Assembly: GCA_964187785.1 (NCBI GenBank)
Contig: OZ076409.1
Span: forward strand, 79,176,001-79,240,000
Length of the DNA stretch: 64,000 nucleotides
From: Amphiscolops sp. MND2022
Lineage: Eukaryota
Direction of reading: 5' to 3'
The position numbers were made by a program, and so were the translations under genes. The notes beneath the pieces are model-generated. The model had not been told where the DNA came from and did no database searches. It saw only the letters and a program-made list of their open reading frames with translations. This document shows positions 60,548 through 64,000 of the stretch, in pieces (the first letter of the stretch is position 1; every line of letters begins with the position of its first letter).

Positions 60548-63500
60548 TTAGTCTAGCTTGTGCTTGACTTGATTAGGGTATGTTCTCACAGATGCAATTG
60601 ACACGTACACCCTATCATGGAGAACTATGTCGACGTTCGAGTCAATGAAATGATCTCTCAACATTGAACACCAAGCTGGTAGCAAGTTGATTGACCTTTC
60701 AGGATAATGGATAGGAAGGTGGATTCGGGTAATTTATGCTCGTGTAAGCTTCTGTACCAGGTCAGTCAGGCACAGATGTAGCACATCATGTAGAATAGGA
60801 TGCTTGTTAGAGGCTCTTGTGAATATTAGAAACATTTCGTTATTCCACGGCGCATTTGGTGATCTAGCTAGGCGTATTGCTTTTCCCACAGTTGGTCGTA
60901 GTCCGAAAATTTCCTCCTGACCATATTCTCGGATGACGTAACGTGCCATTGCTGAATATGAGAGCAAATCTGCTGGACAGCATATCGCCACGGTACCACG
61001 GGCTTGAAGAACGTCGGTTTCTTCGTAGGAAATCCATGACAGTTAGTTCGGCTTGAATTTGGGGTGGGTCGTCAGCAGTTTTCCCGTGACAGTGCTTTGA
61101 TTGTCTTGTCTTGGCGTGAGATGATCTAAAATGGCTTTTCGGTCTTGCCATACTGTCCTGCGTAAGGGTCTGTCTCCCAAATTCGTGCAAGACCAATCAT
61201 GAACTACGGAAAGTGCTTCAAGCACAGTCACTGGGTTCTCGAACGTATAAGTGTATTTGTCCAATAGACGTATTCTGGCTTGTCGACAGAAAGTGATAGC
61301 TAGTAGCTGCAACCAATGTTGACTAAGGAATTTTCCGCGATAGATGTCTGCTAGGTGGAAACAAAGTGTGTCATCGAACTCCACTAGTGTGCGCAAGTTT
61401 TCTAAGCAAATAAATAGTGTTCCTGGAGTCACTGGGGATGTTTCGTCCAGAGAAGTGACTAGTAGCCACCATCCTGTCGTTGGATGATACACATCTCCAG
61501 GAGGTGAAGTCACACCGTATTGTTGCCATAGCTTCTGCGCGGTGATACAGCGTACCATTGCTATTTTCGTGTCTGTTGGTTCTATTTTTCCAAACACCAT
61601 CGATGGTGGGAGTGGGGGAATGATAGCGGCTAACGTGAATTCTAGCCCACTCTTTTCGTGCCACGTCCACTCCTTGAACCGATAGGTGGGACAGTCTGAG
61701 GGTGACGTTCCTTGCATAGCTTTGAGTGTGGTTTCCATCGGAGGGATCACTCCTGGTCCGACGCTCGAGTAGGTCATTTCTATTGTTATTACGATATGGT
61801 GTACTCGAGGAATATCCTGATCCTCAGCTTGTATGGACCGGATAGTGTGTTGTGCATGGTCCTCGAACGTCTCGGTGTCAGCCAAGGCAGGGGCAGAGGC
61901 GTCCTCTCCCCGGGCCAATCGTTGGTCCGGTGGTCTCCCTTTGATTAGGTTGACACAGCTGCAGTTACGGGAACCACAGGTTCCACACCTGTATCTAGGT
62001 ACTCTATTGCGTCGTAGCTGATAAGGTGCGGCTCGTGGGGGGTTTAGTTGTTCCGCTTGTCGTTGCTCTGGTGACGTGCTTTCCGCAATGTTGGGTAGTG
62101 TCATTGCACGTTCCAAGGTTCTAGACTGAGCTCTGATTCTTACTCGGCCTCTTGATCTGGTATATGGTCTGCTAGTTCTTGTAAGGGCTTGACTTGATGA
62201 AGTGACACTTCCTCTTCTACGACCTTGAGGTCTGCCTCTTGGTCTTCCTCTTCTATTTGTGATTCTCCCTGATGGTGGTAATGCTTCCATACTTTGCTTG
62301 GGTTCTTGTATTTCCCTGTCAGTTCCTTCTTGGGGTTCAACTTCTTCGGCAAGTTCTAGTCCTACCGAGCTAGCAGCTCGAGAACTGAACAGTGGGAAAT
62401 TGCTCAATGTGTCGGTTAAAGCTGGGTTCGATAGTAATGGTGCGGACGTTCCTGATGGTGAGGGTATCAGACTTGGTAGTGGTTTTGGCAAGACTTCTTC
62501 TTGGTCTGAGTATAGCGGTTCCAAGTCATCGAGTTCGGGGTAAACAACTGGTTGTTGTTCTTCTTCAATGGGTTGATTCATGGATTCTCGGTCAGAGTCA
62601 GATTCAGACGGATATCCGAAGTGACTAAATCGTCTACTTGGGATTCCTTGTTCCAAAGCAGATTGAGTGCGCGTCTGGATCGTGCGCGGTGGGACAGGCG
62701 CGGTTGGTTCCATTTCGAACAATGCTTCCGGCAGCTGTTCTGGAAGGAATGAGTTACGGGATATGTCTGACGTTATCTCCTCATTGCTCTCTTCCACGTA
62801 CGGATCTGCAATGATGGCGACATTCTGGTCCAACCCAGAGGGTTGATGTGCTGCCCAATCCCATGGTGCTGGCACATGCTTCTTCAGACGCTCAAAATGA
62901 ACTTTTTGACCTGTATCTAGCACATATAATCTTCCATCTTGCAACACATCCGTGACCTTGTGAGGTCCACGCCAGGCACGCAGAAGTTTGCGGGTACCAC
63001 CCTTGGGAATTATATGGCAAAAAACCCAAACGGCATCACCCACGGCATGAGCTTTTGCCTTCAAATGTCTGTCGAACTTCTGTTTTTGTCGTACTTGCGC
63101 TTGATGAGTATTTCGGCGGACAAGCTCGTGCATTTCTTGTTGTCTAGCAAGTAGGTGCTCTACGAATTCTTCTTTGGATTCGAACTCTCGTGCTGCGAAT
63201 TCTGGGTATATGAATGAGAGCGGAATGGACTTTTCCGCGCCATGTTGGAGCATGTACGGGGAAAATCCTGTTGTTGCATGTCTGGTCGAATTGTAGGCAC
63301 CCAAGACTCCGTCTATGTGCTCATCCCAGTCAAGCATCCTGCGTGACGTGTAAACTCTGAGCAGGGTAAGCAACGTTCGGTTCTGGCGTTCCACTAGACC
63401 GTTGCCTCTCGGATGAGCTGGAGTAGACGTTACCTTGGTTACTTGCGAAGCTTTCATCAATTCTTGAGCAATTTCGGCAGTGAAATTGGTGGCGTTGTCA

Positions 63501-64000
63501 GACTGCATTCTGGCAGGAGTGCCATGTCTTGCGAACCATTTGTTTAGGATAATCTTTGCAGTCGTCTGTGCGTCATATTCATCGTGTGCACATGGGATTG
63601 CCTCTGCAAACTTGGTAAAATGGTCGATGATGACTAGCAATCCATTATTTCCTGACGTTGTCTTGCACAATTTCAAATGGTCAAATTGCACCAGATCATT
63701 AAAATTGCTGCTGTTGATACTCTGTAGGGGGTAACAGGGATTCCCAGCGGGATGCTTCGTCTGTTGGCATGTTAAGCAATGCTTAATATGATTGACGACA
63801 TCACGCTTGATGCCTGGCCAAGTGTGGCGCTCTTGTATCCTCGCCAATACTTTGCCAACGCCTTGGTGTCCTGATTCATCATGCGCTCTGTACAAGATTT
63901 CATGCTGGTAGAGCTGGGGCATGACAATCATACACGGTCGTACGTGCATCGCGCGTTGCTGCGGAATGTAATTGACACATAAAATGTCATTTTGGTTCAG
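60548..64000 (-). pseudogene. pol: Pol 3' part of C: integrase, disordered linker, macrodomain-like tail; in-frame stops at 61043 and 60734
   Basis: The frame continues through both TAA codons to a stop at 60548; integrase motifs are clear. Confidence 0.85.

Larger units (their letters stand above)
54815..64000 (-). mobile_element. Ty3/Gypsy element C (3' part; 5' part lies beyond the window)
   Basis: Integrase HHCC/DDE/WRGPH at the right; 3' LTR and PPT at the left. Confidence 0.88.

Overview
Eukaryotic (animal-type) repeat-rich DNA dominated by minus-strand Ty3/Gypsy LTR retrotransposons. Element A (1426-17498; 1.75-kb LTRs) is followed head-to-tail by a second unit that shares its left LTR and runs off the window start. 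Element B (36692-52394; 1441-bp LTRs; ACCAC target-site duplication) is complete. A and B are clearly diverged relatives with the same unusual architecture. (i) gag starts inside the LTR and reads through the primer-binding site. (ii) A -1 slippery heptamer abuts the gag stop. (iii) A large antisense, intron-containing gene between pol and the 3' LTR encodes a zinc-finger/hAT-transposase-like protein that appears to lack catalytic residues; four introns are conserved in position and phase. (iv) A small CxxC ORF runs into the 3' LTR where a polypurine tract would be expected. Element C (54815 to window end) is a different Gypsy with TARG1-like macrodomains on its Pol tail and a 1438-aa extra ORF containing an SGNH-like segment. 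Also present are a decayed Gypsy (D), a diverged LTR remnant, four MITEs with target-site duplications, dispersed AT-rich repeats, and two exons of a host rhodopsin-type GPCR. All domain calls are by eye from motifs; no searches were run.
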